Positions 9,225-17,975 of a stretch of 64,000 nt of DNA are shown one piece after another. Position numbers and translations under genes: made by a program. Origin of the DNA: Vulcanimicrobiota bacterium. Its GTDB lineage: Bacteria; Vulcanimicrobiota; Vulcanimicrobiia; Vulcanimicrobiales; Vulcanimicrobiaceae. The stretch covers positions 32,001-96,000 of the forward strand of contig CAVZQC010000005.1 of NCBI GenBank assembly GCA_963777315.1. Reading direction: 5' to 3'. Every line of letters starts with the position of its first letter. The first letter of the stretch is position 1. Under the pieces are notes generated by a model that saw only the letters and a list, made by a program, of their open reading frames with translations, was not told the DNA's origin and did not search any database.

Positions 9225-10667
9225 ATGAAACTCGTTCGGACATGCATTCTCTATCCGATCGCTTTTTCTTCGCTGGTGCTGGCATCATGCGGCGGCGGAG
9301 CGCTTCATCAGATTCCGCAGTCCGATCAAAGCGGATCGGCACAGCCGCCTGCGCAGCCGCCTGCGAGCGGGGCGACGGTCAGTGCCGCGGACGGCACTTA
9401 CGCGATCCCACTTTCGGGCGGGTACGGCGCAACCATCACGCTGCACGCGCAGAATGCCCCGTCCGGTGCCCATCTCCTCGTGCATGGCGACCAAACTGCG
9501 ACCGCGCCCAGCACCGCTCGACAGACGCAGTCGGCGCGATCCGCGGCCTGCCCCATCCCGCCCACGATTTATCTGCAGAACCCCTTTCCGTTTCCCATCA
9601 CCATTCGGCTGGAAAGCTTTTCGGTTGTCTTGCCGTGCGACGTCGACGGCACGTTGTTCGGCGTGAGCTTCTATCAGGCGATACCGCAGCCGGCCGTCGT
9701 CACTTCGACCAAAGTGGGCGATGCGACGGCGATGGGCCGCAAGATTTCGTTCAGGCCGGCCGTCACGCGGCTGACGTTCGCGCCGTTCACGACCTCGGCG
9801 CTGGCGATCCGGCAAGAAACCTCGACGGCGCAGGTGGTTCTTCCGGTGGCGCCGGGATCGACCACGATGCTGACCTCCAACGTTTCGCACGTTCCGTCGA
9901 CGCTGTCATTCAACTACGCGACCGCTACGGGCGGCTCGTCATATTCTTCAGCATGCTTTAACGCGCACGACGCCTCCGGTGCGCTCGTTGCCGCGCTGCG
10001 CGGCGTGCCGATCGCGGGAACGCCGTCGTTCTACTGCAGCGTCGATCCCGGAACGTCGGCGATCGCGTTCGGCCGCGTGATCAAGTTTTTCATCGGCAGG
10101 CCCAAATACGATGCGAGCGTCTTTGAATTCGACGGACCGAGCAGCGCGTATCTGTGCACGAGCGGCTCTAGCGTCCAGTGCGACACGCCGTCGTTCAGCA
10201 TTCCAACGTACCGGAACTTGATCGTCGCCAATGCGAAAGATCTGCAGATGTGCGTGCCGGTCACGCCAAACGCGGACTGCAATAACGTGGCAGGCAAACC
10301 TTCGCCCCCGCCGTCCATGCAGACCGTCTCGCGCGGCGCGGAATTCCAACTGCTCGTCGCCGACGATCCGACGTACAAGCCGGGCACCCGAACCGCGCCC
10401 GTCCCGTGGGACGGCCTGCTGCGCCTGACGGTGAGCGGCAAGTGCCGCATCAATACGCGTCCCGACTCGGAAAACGGTGAAACACCGCCGGGCTACAGCG
10501 ACGACGATCAGAGGGGCGTCGGGCCGTCCGCCGAGTTCGACATCAGCCCCACCGGCAGCGGAACGTGCAGCATAACGACGAGCGAAGATCCGAAGTTCAT
10601 CACCGACTATAGCGATCCGCAGCATCCCACGGGACGTTCAAAGACGATCGCGATTACGATCCGTTAA
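9225..10667 (+). CDS. Hypothetical Cys-rich, beta-rich lipoprotein
   Basis: GAGGAG RBS before ATG 9225; lipobox LAS-C followed by GGG. Confidence 0.75.
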   Translation: MKLVRTCILYPIAFSSLVLASCGGGALHQIPQSDQSGSAQPPAQPPASGATVSAADGTYAIPLSGGYGATITLHAQNAPSGAHLLVHGDQTATAPSTARQTQSARSAACPIPPTIYLQNPFPFPITIRLESFSVVLPCDVDGTLFGVSFYQAIPQPAVVTSTKVGDATAMGRKISFRPAVTRLTFAPFTTSALAIRQETSTAQVVLPVAPGSTTMLTSNVSHVPSTLSFNYATATGGSSYSSACFNAHDASGALVAALRGVPIAGTPSFYCSVDPGTSAIAFGRVIKFFIGRPKYDASVFEFDGPSSAYLCTSGSSVQCDTPSFSIPTYRNLIVANAKDLQMCVPVTPNADCNNVAGKPSPPPSMQTVSRGAEFQLLVADDPTYKPGTRTAPVPWDGLLRLTVSGKCRINTRPDSENGETPPGYSDDDQRGVGPSAEFDISPTGSGTCSITTSEDPKFITDYSDPQHPTGRSKTIAITIR

Positions 10668-10707
10668 AGCGCGTCGCGCGCCGACCGCGGTGAAGGCGAT
10701 TTGCCCG

Positions 10708-10836
10708 TTACGGGCCGCCTTTGCCGTTGCGCCTGTCGCGATACTCCTTGTAGGCCGGACTCGTCATGGTGGCTTCCATGAATTTGAAAATGCAGTACAT
10801 GACGAGCGGCACGAGGAGCAGTTCGACCGGGAACAT
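10708..10836 (-). CDS. Small (42 aa) putative single-pass membrane protein
   Basis: MFPVELLLVPLVMYCIFKF hydrophobic segment then a basic tail; starts 13 nt after the upstream gene ends. Confidence 0.45.
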   Translation of the reverse strand: MFPVELLLVPLVMYCIFKFMEATMTSPAYKEYRDRRNGKGGP

Positions 10837-10849
10837 CAGGGCCGTACGG

Positions 10850-11344
10850 TTAGCGGCGCGAACTCGAACGAATCTGACCGCAAGGGAACGCAACGATCTG
10901 CTGGGGCAGGATGACGGCGTCGTTGAACGGCCATTGGTGCGCGAGGAGAAACGGCGGCGGAAAGATCGCGTTGAGCTCGGGGTTGATCTCGGCGCTGAAG
11001 AAATAGCCTTGCGGCGAGAGCGCCGGAGCCAGCGATGCGATGCGGTAGATCGCAAGAGGGCGCCGGTAGAAGAGCGCGTAGCCCTGATCGGTTCCGATGA
11101 AATCGTAGCCGTGTATCGCGAGATCCGCGCTGAGTCTGCCGATCGGCACGTGCGGGCGGAACAGTCTTCCGAACCCGCTGGATCCGAAGCTTCGAAACGC
11201 CGTCGAACCGACGCGCGTGCCCGGACGGCACGAGTCGGCGTACTTGACGTGCCGCGCAGAATCCCGTGCCGGCGCGGGGCCGGCGTGTGCCGGTACCCCC
11301 ATCGAAGAGACGAGCGCTGCCAGGAAAAGCGCGGTGTGGTTCAT
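10850..11344 (-). CDS. Hypothetical secreted protein
   Basis: Signal peptide ending AHA-G; co-oriented, 16 nt after the previous ORF. Confidence 0.65.
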   Translation of the reverse strand: MNHTALFLAALVSSMGVPAHAGPAPARDSARHVKYADSCRPGTRVGSTAFRSFGSSGFGRLFRPHVPIGRLSADLAIHGYDFIGTDQGYALFYRRPLAIYRIASLAPALSPQGYFFSAEINPELNAIFPPPFLLAHQWPFNDAVILPQQIVAFPCGQIRSSSRR

Positions 11345-11360
11345 CGAATGCCCCGTTCTT

Positions 11361-11774
11361 TTAGCGGTGCAGCTCAGACAGTTCGTTCAGGGCGCTTGGG
11401 TTTCCGTAGGGCTGCGGATCGCCTTTGAACAGCACGCCGAGCACCGTACACCGTACTGCCGCGAGCCCCATGGGCCAAGGCGAGTGCGTCCACTTGCCGT
11501 AGAATGGAACTCCCGGGACCGGATGCACGCCGTTGGAGTCAAGATCGGCGAGCAGGGTGATGTCTTCTCGGGACGGATCCCACAAGTCCATGCGCAGACG
11601 CGTTTTGCGAATTTGGCGCCCGGTGAGGTTCGTCTCTTTCACCGTCCACGCAATGTCCATTTGTCCCGTCGAGGGACGTCCGTAAATATGCGCTTGACAC
11701 GTGTTGACGGTGACTGCGTTGGGCTGTAGCGGCAATAACGTCACTACAGCCAACATCAGTGAAGGCAGCGTCAT
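11361..11774 (-). CDS. Hypothetical exported beta-sandwich-like protein with two Cys
   Basis: Hydrophobic N-terminus; ATGA overlap with the upstream stop; alternating beta-strand pattern. Confidence 0.7.
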   Translation of the reverse strand: MTLPSLMLAVVTLLPLQPNAVTVNTCQAHIYGRPSTGQMDIAWTVKETNLTGRQIRKTRLRMDLWDPSREDITLLADLDSNGVHPVPGVPFYGKWTHSPWPMGLAAVRCTVLGVLFKGDPQPYGNPSALNELSELHR

Positions 11775-12709
11775 CGGTTAGCCGCCAGCAAACGCGCGAG
11801 CGTCATCGGGTCGACGCATTGCAGCCGGCGCATGCCGTTCAGGACGGCCTTGGAGTCGTTGTGCAGAACGCTTTTCCGGATCGAAGCGATGATGCTGCGT
11901 TCGTGCACGGATGGCTGATGGTATGACGGACACGGGGAGTCGCTTTGCGCGAGTGTTTTCGCGACGGGTGCAAACTTCCAGTCCGGAGCTGCCGCAGGCG
12001 CGGGTTGCTGCGACACCGTCTTGGCGACGACGCTATCGGCAGCGGGTTTGGTTTGCGGCACGGCGGACTGATCGGACGACGGGGGCAGACCGGGCGCGCC
12101 CGGTGCTACCGAAACCGCTTTGCAAACGTCGGCGATTGGCTGCAGCGCGGGGTTCATCTCGGGATGCAGCACGAGCCCGGCTTTGGCGAACTCGCCGCAC
12201 TTGGAGATCATCGTCAGCGTCGTGTCGAGCTGCTTTTGCTTGAGGATCTCGTCCCCGAGCTGCTGGCAGGTCTTGGACGGCGCGTGGCCGATGGGCGCTT
12301 GATATCCTATCGATGCGCCGAAGTTGTACGCGTTCGAACCGAATCCGCCCGTCTGCGGCTGTCCCACCGGCGCGGGGTTGTTGGCGTTTTGGTTGACGTT
12401 GTTTTGGTACAGAGCCGCGGTGAATTGCGGGGTCGGGCATTGGATGCCCACGCCGTACGAGTACAGGCCCAGCGGTACCGTGTTGATCTGCGTGTTGACG
12501 TTGGCGCTGGAGGCGTTCGAGTCCGTGAACGGGTTGACCGACTGCGCGTTGCTCGGCTGCGCCGTAACGTTGGTCGTCCCGCCGACGGTCACTTGCGGTG
12601 CCGCGGTGGGCGCCGGAGCGGGCGCGACCTGTGCGACGGCGAGCGATCCGGAGAATCCGCTCAGGGCCGTCACCAGCGTCGTCAGAACCAGAATTCGATT
12701 GTTACGCAT
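11771..12709 (-). CDS. Hypothetical secreted protein with a beta-hairpin and a Cys-linked helical region
   Basis: Signal peptide ending AVA-Q; core YSYGVGIQCPTP...NFGASIGYQAPIG...TCQQL...ISKC...DVC; AAGGA RBS. Confidence 0.8.
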   Translation of the reverse strand: MRNNRILVLTTLVTALSGFSGSLAVAQVAPAPAPTAAPQVTVGGTTNVTAQPSNAQSVNPFTDSNASSANVNTQINTVPLGLYSYGVGIQCPTPQFTAALYQNNVNQNANNPAPVGQPQTGGFGSNAYNFGASIGYQAPIGHAPSKTCQQLGDEILKQKQLDTTLTMISKCGEFAKAGLVLHPEMNPALQPIADVCKAVSVAPGAPGLPPSSDQSAVPQTKPAADSVVAKTVSQQPAPAAAPDWKFAPVAKTLAQSDSPCPSYHQPSVHERSIIASIRKSVLHNDSKAVLNGMRRLQCVDPMTLARLLAANR

Positions 12710-12732
12710 GATGCTAATCCTTCTGAACTGGG

Positions 12733-12758
12733 AGGGGATTCATCGGGATGAATCCCCT
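12733..12758 (-). terminator. Strong intra-operon hairpin (stabiliser or partial terminator)
   Basis: AGGGGATTCATC-GG-GATGAATCCCCT perfect inverted repeat just after the first gene's stop; no U-tract. Confidence 0.55.
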
Positions 12759-12769
12759 GCCGCGCTGGT

Positions 12770-13357
12770 TTATTGGAAGTTCGAGAACGCCTGGCTCTCG
12801 ATCGACGTGGTCGAGGAACCGAATTCCTCGTGCGTGTTGGTGTACGCGGTGTCATTGCCGTACACGTGTACGTGCGTGTAGGAACCGGCCGAGTCGTACG
12901 TCACTTCGATGCTCGGGTTGTCGAAGTTCAGTTTGAACGACTGAGATTGGCCGCTGTACGTGCCGGCCAGGTTGCCGTTGAAGTCGGAGGTCGAACCGGG
13001 GTTCTCGATCTTGACGACATCCTTGGGAATGTCGTTGCCGAAAACGTCGATGCCCGAGTTCGTCGGGGGATTCTTGATCGTGCCCGTGATGGCTCCGTTG
13101 ATGTCGCCGCTGTCGGAGGACTTGGTGAAGTTGCCGCTGATCCCGTTGAACGAGACGCCGGCTTTCTCCGAGGAGGTCCAGTTGTTGACGTAGCCGTCGT
13201 AGTAGTCGTGGTTGACTTGGCTGACGTTGGTGCATCCGGTCATCCATGAGTTCGTGAAGATCGACGTCGTTCCGGTGGTTTCCGCGAACGCAGGCGATGC
13301 CGCCACGGCGATGAATGCGCCGACTGCCGCAAGTGCGAGCGCTTTGCTCTTTAGCAT
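12770..13357 (-). CDS. Hypothetical secreted Ser/Thr/Asn/Gly-rich beta protein (candidate structural subunit)
   Basis: Signal peptide ending AFA-E; AAAGGA RBS; alternative ATG at 13369; strongly C-ending codons. Confidence 0.8.
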   Translation of the reverse strand: MLKSKALALAAVGAFIAVAASPAFAETTGTTSIFTNSWMTGCTNVSQVNHDYYDGYVNNWTSSEKAGVSFNGISGNFTKSSDSGDINGAITGTIKNPPTNSGIDVFGNDIPKDVVKIENPGSTSDFNGNLAGTYSGQSQSFKLNFDNPSIEVTYDSAGSYTHVHVYGNDTAYTNTHEEFGSSTTSIESQAFSNFQ

Positions 13358-13576
13358 AGAGAGAAGCATCCTTTCTTTCTATCGCCCGGGTCTCGGCGCG
13401 ATAGGGGGTGAGGAGATACTCGGACAGCGTACCGGAAGCGGTTAAGCAAGGCACGGGCTAAGCGTTCCGGGAGCAAGTGGTGATTGCAGCCCGGGTTTAG
13501 GGCCCGTCGAATCTGATCAGCGTGATAGGTTGCGCAAAAATCCTGGAAGTAAAGGCCGTTTGCTGAGACCTACGGC

Positions 13577-14512
13577 TCATTTTCCGCGCGCAGCCGCAGT
13601 ATTTCGCGCGCTCAGCCTGCGCATGATCGGCGGAAGCTCCGCGAGCAATTCGCGCGCCAGAAATCCTACTCCCATTTTGCGCCCGAGCGTCAAACCGGCT
13701 TGCGCATGCAGGAAAACGCCCCAGATCGCCGCTTCGGCCGGGCCTGCCCCCCGTGCAAGAATCCCACCGATGACGCCGGCGAGCGTATCGCCCGAGCCCG
13801 ACGTCGCCAAGCCGACGTGGCCGTACCGGTTGCAGAAGAGCTCGCCCTGCGGCGTTGCGATGTACGTCGCCGCGCCCTTGAGCGCGACCACCGTACCGAA
13901 GCGGCGAACGGCCTCGAGCACGTGACTTGCCGGATCGGCCTCAACGACATCGCGCTCGATCCCGAGCATCGCGGCCATTTCTCCGGCGTGCGGCGTGAGA
14001 ACGGCGCGAGAGCCCAATTTTCCCAGTGCGCCGGCACGATCGCGAACGAAAGCCAGCGCGGCCGCATCGAAAACCGCCGGCCTTTCCAGGCGCGGCGCGA
14101 GCGAGGCGAAGAGCCCCGCGCACGTGGCGTCTTGGGTCAAGCCCGGTCCAAAGACGAGCGCGTCGACGCGGTTGGCTCTGCGGGCGATCTCGGCAGCGGC
14201 CGCCGGTAGTATTGCGCCCGATTCGCTTTGCGCAAACGGCACGACCAGCGCTTCGGGAACCGCGGCGGCTACGTGGAGCGCAATGCTCTCGCACGTGGCG
14301 ATCTGCAGTTTGCCCGCGCCCACGCGCAGCGCGGCCGTGGCCGCCAAGATCGCCGGGCCGGGCATTTGCGGACTGCCGGCCACGATGAGCACGCGGCCCC
14401 GCGCATCCTTATCACCCTGCGCAAGAGCTGGGAGCGGGCGGCGATGCAGGAGCGCCGGGCCAATGCGCGCAGCGGCGGGGCGGCGCGCTTTACTTGGGTG
14501 CGACGGGGACAT
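13577..14512 (-). CDS. nnrD: ADP/ATP-dependent NAD(P)H-hydrate dehydratase
   Basis: DKDARGRVLIVAGS..MPG, GPG, DAAAL, LTPHAGEM, ALKG and LATSGSGDTLAG motifs. Confidence 0.9.
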   Translation of the reverse strand: MSPSHPSKARRPAAARIGPALLHRRPLPALAQGDKDARGRVLIVAGSPQMPGPAILAATAALRVGAGKLQIATCESIALHVAAAVPEALVVPFAQSESGAILPAAAAEIARRANRVDALVFGPGLTQDATCAGLFASLAPRLERPAVFDAAALAFVRDRAGALGKLGSRAVLTPHAGEMAAMLGIERDVVEADPASHVLEAVRRFGTVVALKGAATYIATPQGELFCNRYGHVGLATSGSGDTLAGVIGGILARGAGPAEAAIWGVFLHAQAGLTLGRKMGVGFLARELLAELPPIMRRLSARNTAAARGK

Positions 14513-15248
14513 CGGGACCGCGGGTCACCGGTTCGCCGGCCTCGCGCAGCGGCGCGGTGGCGTTGTATCGCTCCAATTGCATGCGCGCGGAGCTGCCCGC
14601 GCCGACGGCGCGATATGCGGTAATCGAACAATTCGCCACGTCCCCTGCGGCGTCAATGGCAAGAATCTCCCCCTCGTTCATGTCCTCGAGCAGATAGCGA
14701 AAGCACAGAACGATCACTTGATGCCCGATCACGGCCACGCGCCGGCCGGGATAATCGAGCGTCAAGGAATCCAGCAGGCTGCGCAAGCGCAGAATGACGT
14801 CCGTCCAGCTCTCTCCGCCGGGCGGCCGGTAATAGAACTTGCCCAGGCGCGAGCGCATCTGCGCCTGATCGGGGTAGCGCTGTTCGATTCCCGTGCGCGT
14901 CAGGCGGTCGAGGATGCCGAATTCCTTTTCCCGCAGCCGCTCGTCGCTTCGGACTTCGACGCCCTGCCATTGCGCGGCGGCCAGTGCAATCGCGGCGGTC
15001 TGCTGGGCGCGCACGTAGGGCGAAGTGAGCACCGCGGTCACCGGCTTGCTGTTGTGCGCGAGCCACTCTCCCAGCGCGCGCGCCTGGCGTTCACCCAGTT
15101 GTGAAAGCGGGACGTCGCAATCGCGCTGCTCGATATCGATCGTCGACAAGCCTTGAGAAAGCGCGAGGTCGCGGGCGACGTTGCCGGCGCTCTGCCCGTG
15201 CCGGATCAGCAGCAGTTCGTCGGGCCATCGCCGGTCGGATTCGTGCAC
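14490..15248 (-). CDS. Histidine phosphatase family protein
   Basis: LIRHGQS, TSPYVRAQQTA, LREKEFG, PPGGES and IGH motifs. Confidence 0.9.
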   Translation of the reverse strand: MHESDRRWPDELLLIRHGQSAGNVARDLALSQGLSTIDIEQRDCDVPLSQLGERQARALGEWLAHNSKPVTAVLTSPYVRAQQTAAIALAAAQWQGVEVRSDERLREKEFGILDRLTRTGIEQRYPDQAQMRSRLGKFYYRPPGGESWTDVILRLRSLLDSLTLDYPGRRVAVIGHQVIVLCFRYLLEDMNEGEILAIDAAGDVANCSITAYRAVGAGSSARMQLERYNATAPLREAGEPVTRGPDVPVAPK

Positions 15249-15328
15249 GTCGGAACTGTACCCGCGAACGACGTTCCCAGTCCGGGCTCAGCGGCATTCG
15301 TTACCCTGGCACCCAAAAAAGGAAGTAC

Positions 15329-15760
15329 ATGATTAGAGCCTTCATCGCGGGAGTTCTGCTGGCGGCGTGGGCGCGAACGCCGACGACAAGCCGCCCAAAT
15401 TTGAAGCGTGGGCGGCGCGCACGTCGCTGAGCGCAACTTTACGGCGAAGCGCTCCACGCGGGGACAACCCGCTGCCGGCAACCGATCGCAATGTGCTCGC
15501 CGGCGTCAAACTCTACGGTGCGAATTGCGCGGTTTGTCACGGCGATTCAAGCGCGAACGCCACGAACGTGGCCAAAGGCCTCTATCAAAAGCCGCCGCAG
15601 TTGGCAAAACGCGATCGCGCACGGCATTCGTTGGACCGGAATGCCTGCATTCGGCAAGACGTTGGATCGAACCCAGCTCTGGCAGCTCACGCTGTTCTTG
15701 AAGAGCATGGACCGTCTGCCGGCCGCGCCCTACGCGGCCTGGCACAACATCAGAGCGTAA
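15329..15760 (+). pseudogene. c-type cytochrome pseudogene (two frame breaks)
   Basis: AAGGAA RBS + MIRAFIAGVLLAA in one frame; ANADDKPP...NCAVCHG...KPPQLAK in a second; IAHGIRWTGMPAF...stop after a further shift. Confidence 0.75.
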
Positions 15761-15765
15761 GGAGC

Positions 15766-16179
15766 CTATCGCGCGGAACGCGCCTGCGGCGTGGCGACGA
15801 AGGTGTACTGCGCGTTGGCGCTCGTAAATGCCGTGCCTACGATCGCGCCGGCTTCGATGCGCGCATTGACGTGGGTGACGGCCGTCGAACCGATGTCCAG
15901 CCAAATCGAGTTGCCCGTTTTCCCGCCCACGACGGGCACGTACATCGCGCTGAAGTCGGCCGGAAAGTAGTAGCCGTCGACGATGCCCTCAGCGTCGATC
16001 CGTAAATCCAGCGCGCCGGTGTACGGTCCGCTCGAGCCGTAGAGCTGCGTCATCGCAGTCGAATAGTGCGCCGTGGCCAGTCCGGTATCGGCGGCCGCTG
16101 CCGCGGGAAGCGTGCACAAGGCCAAACCTATGCTCGCCGCGAGCGCGAGCGTCGTGAGTTTCATTGCATTTGCGTTCAT
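15766..16179 (-). CDS. Hypothetical secreted small beta protein
   Basis: Signal peptide MKLTTLALAASIGLALCTLPAAAA; alternative start at 16164. Confidence 0.7.
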   Translation of the reverse strand: MNANAMKLTTLALAASIGLALCTLPAAAAADTGLATAHYSTAMTQLYGSSGPYTGALDLRIDAEGIVDGYYFPADFSAMYVPVVGGKTGNSIWLDIGSTAVTHVNARIEAGAIVGTAFTSANAQYTFVATPQARSAR

Positions 16180-16260
16180 CGCTACGATCAACGCGCGAGA
16201 GGGCGCTTTTGCTACGGCGAATGGATGAAAGGGGGGCAAAGGGCGAGAACGGCGTTTCCC

Positions 16261-17190
16261 ATGATGACACGCGAACATCTGGATTTGCGCCGTCTGCCGG
16301 TTTGGGAGCGCGCCGCGATCGTGCTCGATCGATCGGATGCGCTGGGTGCCGGCGGTTCTTTCGATTTCATGATGGAGAGAGATCCGCGGGCTTTGACCGC
16401 CCGCCTGGAGCAGTTGCGTCCCGGACAACTCGTGTTCGAGCAGCGGCGCGTGGGTGACGCGGAATGGCGCGTCACCCTTACGCGAGTTCGCGCCGAAGAC
16501 AGCTCGTCGTTACTCTCGTCGGCGCTGGCCCGCAGCCCGTTGCTTTCGCAGCTGAGTGAGTCGGCGCGTTCGCTGCTCGGCGAGCGCATGAGCGAGCACA
16601 CCGCGCGAAAAGGCACGGTCGTTTTTACGGAAAACGCCAATTGCGGCACGTTGGGCGTGCTGCTCGAGGGCGCGATGGCAGTGGTCGTGGGCGCGGGAAC
16701 GCGCGAACGGCTGCTGTTTCACCTCTACCCGTTCGATGTGTTCGGCGAAATCGAATTTTTCGACGGGGGCTTGACGATGGGCCGCACGGTGGTCGTTTCC
16801 AAGATTGCCAAATACGGCGCGGTGCCTTACGACGTCGTGCGCCTGATCGGCATGCGCGACCCCGGATTCTTGGTTTCGCTTGCGGCATCGGTCTCACAGC
16901 GCAGCCGCACGCTGGCCAGCGCTTTGGCCGCGCAAGTGTCACAGTCGATTTTGGCGCGAGTCGCCGGCGCGCTGCTGCCGTACGCAGCGCCCGAACGCGG
17001 CCAGCATCCCGCGCTGCAGCCGCTGCCGGCGATGACGCAGGCGCAGGTTGCCGCAGCCGCAGGCACCGTCAAAGAGGTCGCGGCGCGCGCGATTGCCGAG
17101 CTCGAGCGCACGCAAGCGCTGCGGCGAGAGCGCGGCCACATCCGGTACCTGGATCGCTCTAGGCTGCTCGAAACGATCGATCGTTCCTAA
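16261..17190 (+). CDS. DUF2249-like domain + Crp/Fnr family transcriptional regulator
   Basis: N-terminal LDLRRLP..R..I.....AL..G..F....DPR.L; cNMP-domain GEIEFFDG; HTH MTQAQVAAAAGTVKEVAARAI. Confidence 0.85.
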   Translation: MMTREHLDLRRLPVWERAAIVLDRSDALGAGGSFDFMMERDPRALTARLEQLRPGQLVFEQRRVGDAEWRVTLTRVRAEDSSSLLSSALARSPLLSQLSESARSLLGERMSEHTARKGTVVFTENANCGTLGVLLEGAMAVVVGAGTRERLLFHLYPFDVFGEIEFFDGGLTMGRTVVVSKIAKYGAVPYDVVRLIGMRDPGFLVSLAASVSQRSRTLASALAAQVSQSILARVAGALLPYAAPERGQHPALQPLPAMTQAQVAAAAGTVKEVAARAIAELERTQALRRERGHIRYLDRSRLLETIDRS

Positions 17191-17905
17191 GACCCTCCCA
17201 AAAGGTTTCCACCGCGTCCAGAACCGCCGCACCCGCGCGCAGAAAACGTTCGGGTTCAAAACCGGGCTGTGCGAATGCCGCCGCCAATTCGTCGTCCACG
17301 TGCGCAGCATGGCGCTCCTCGATCCGGTCGTGCCAAACCCAAAAGCCCAGCGGCAGACCTGGAATACGCTGCTCTTTGATCCGCGTCAGACCGGCGATCA
17401 GCTGTTTCCAAAAGCCGGCCGCAGCCCAGTGTTCGACGGCGTGGGATGCACCGGTGCTTTCGGACGGATCGGAGGACGCGTACCACGTCATCAGCGCATC
17501 GCAGAATTCCAGCGTGGCCGGCGTGCCCAGTTCGCGTCTGCCGATGTCTTCGAAACGCAAGCCCAGCGCCGCGGCGAAATCCGCGAGCCATTCAAAGTGC
17601 GCCGCGCGGAACGTGAACCGCCCGTTTTCGACCGACCCTCCCGGCGTAAAGCTGACGCCGAGTTCGTTCATGAGGATCTCCTTGCCCGCGCGATATGCGC
17701 GCAGGTCGCGCGAGTTGATGCATTTGCGCAACTGGGCTTCGACGAACAAATGGCTGAAGACCGAAAACTGCACGGTGAAATGACGCAACTCGGCGGTGGT
17801 CGCTCGCCCGTGGGCGAACCATGACGCGTAGCGGTTCATCCGAACGATCGGATGATCTTCGATGTGAGCGCTGACGGAAATTTTGAACTGCTCGAGATTC
17901 TGCAT
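17159..17905 (-). CDS. Heme-oxygenase-like diiron (TenA/PqqC/CADD-like) redox enzyme
   Basis: Helical pattern with E..NELG, HFEW, AVEHW and FWVWH...E..H candidate metal ligands; GAGGGA RBS. Confidence 0.7.
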   Translation of the reverse strand: MQNLEQFKISVSAHIEDHPIVRMNRYASWFAHGRATTAELRHFTVQFSVFSHLFVEAQLRKCINSRDLRAYRAGKEILMNELGVSFTPGGSVENGRFTFRAAHFEWLADFAAALGLRFEDIGRRELGTPATLEFCDALMTWYASSDPSESTGASHAVEHWAAAGFWKQLIAGLTRIKEQRIPGLPLGFWVWHDRIEERHAAHVDDELAAAFAQPGFEPERFLRAGAAVLDAVETFWEGLRNDRSFRAA

Positions 17906-17935
17906 GGACGTGGTCCCTCAAAGGCAAGGCCGTAA

Positions 17936-17975
17936 ACAAAGAAAAAACCGCCCCGGCGCCGGCCGGAGCGGTTTT
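17936..17975 (-). terminator. Intrinsic terminator in the 5' leader of the heme-oxygenase-like gene (attenuator)
   Basis: Minus strand reads AAAACCGCTCCGG-CCGGCG-CCGGGGCGGTTTTTTCTTT, ending ~30 nt upstream of the ATG. Confidence 0.7.

Noticed and set aside
6422..9961. 1179-aa plus-strand ORF
   Set aside because: Antisense shadow of the cyclase-STAND gene in GC-rich DNA; no motifs.
13370..13576. c-di-GMP-I riboswitch call
   Set aside because: Only fragments resemble it; the two-stem tetraloop/receptor architecture is not evident.
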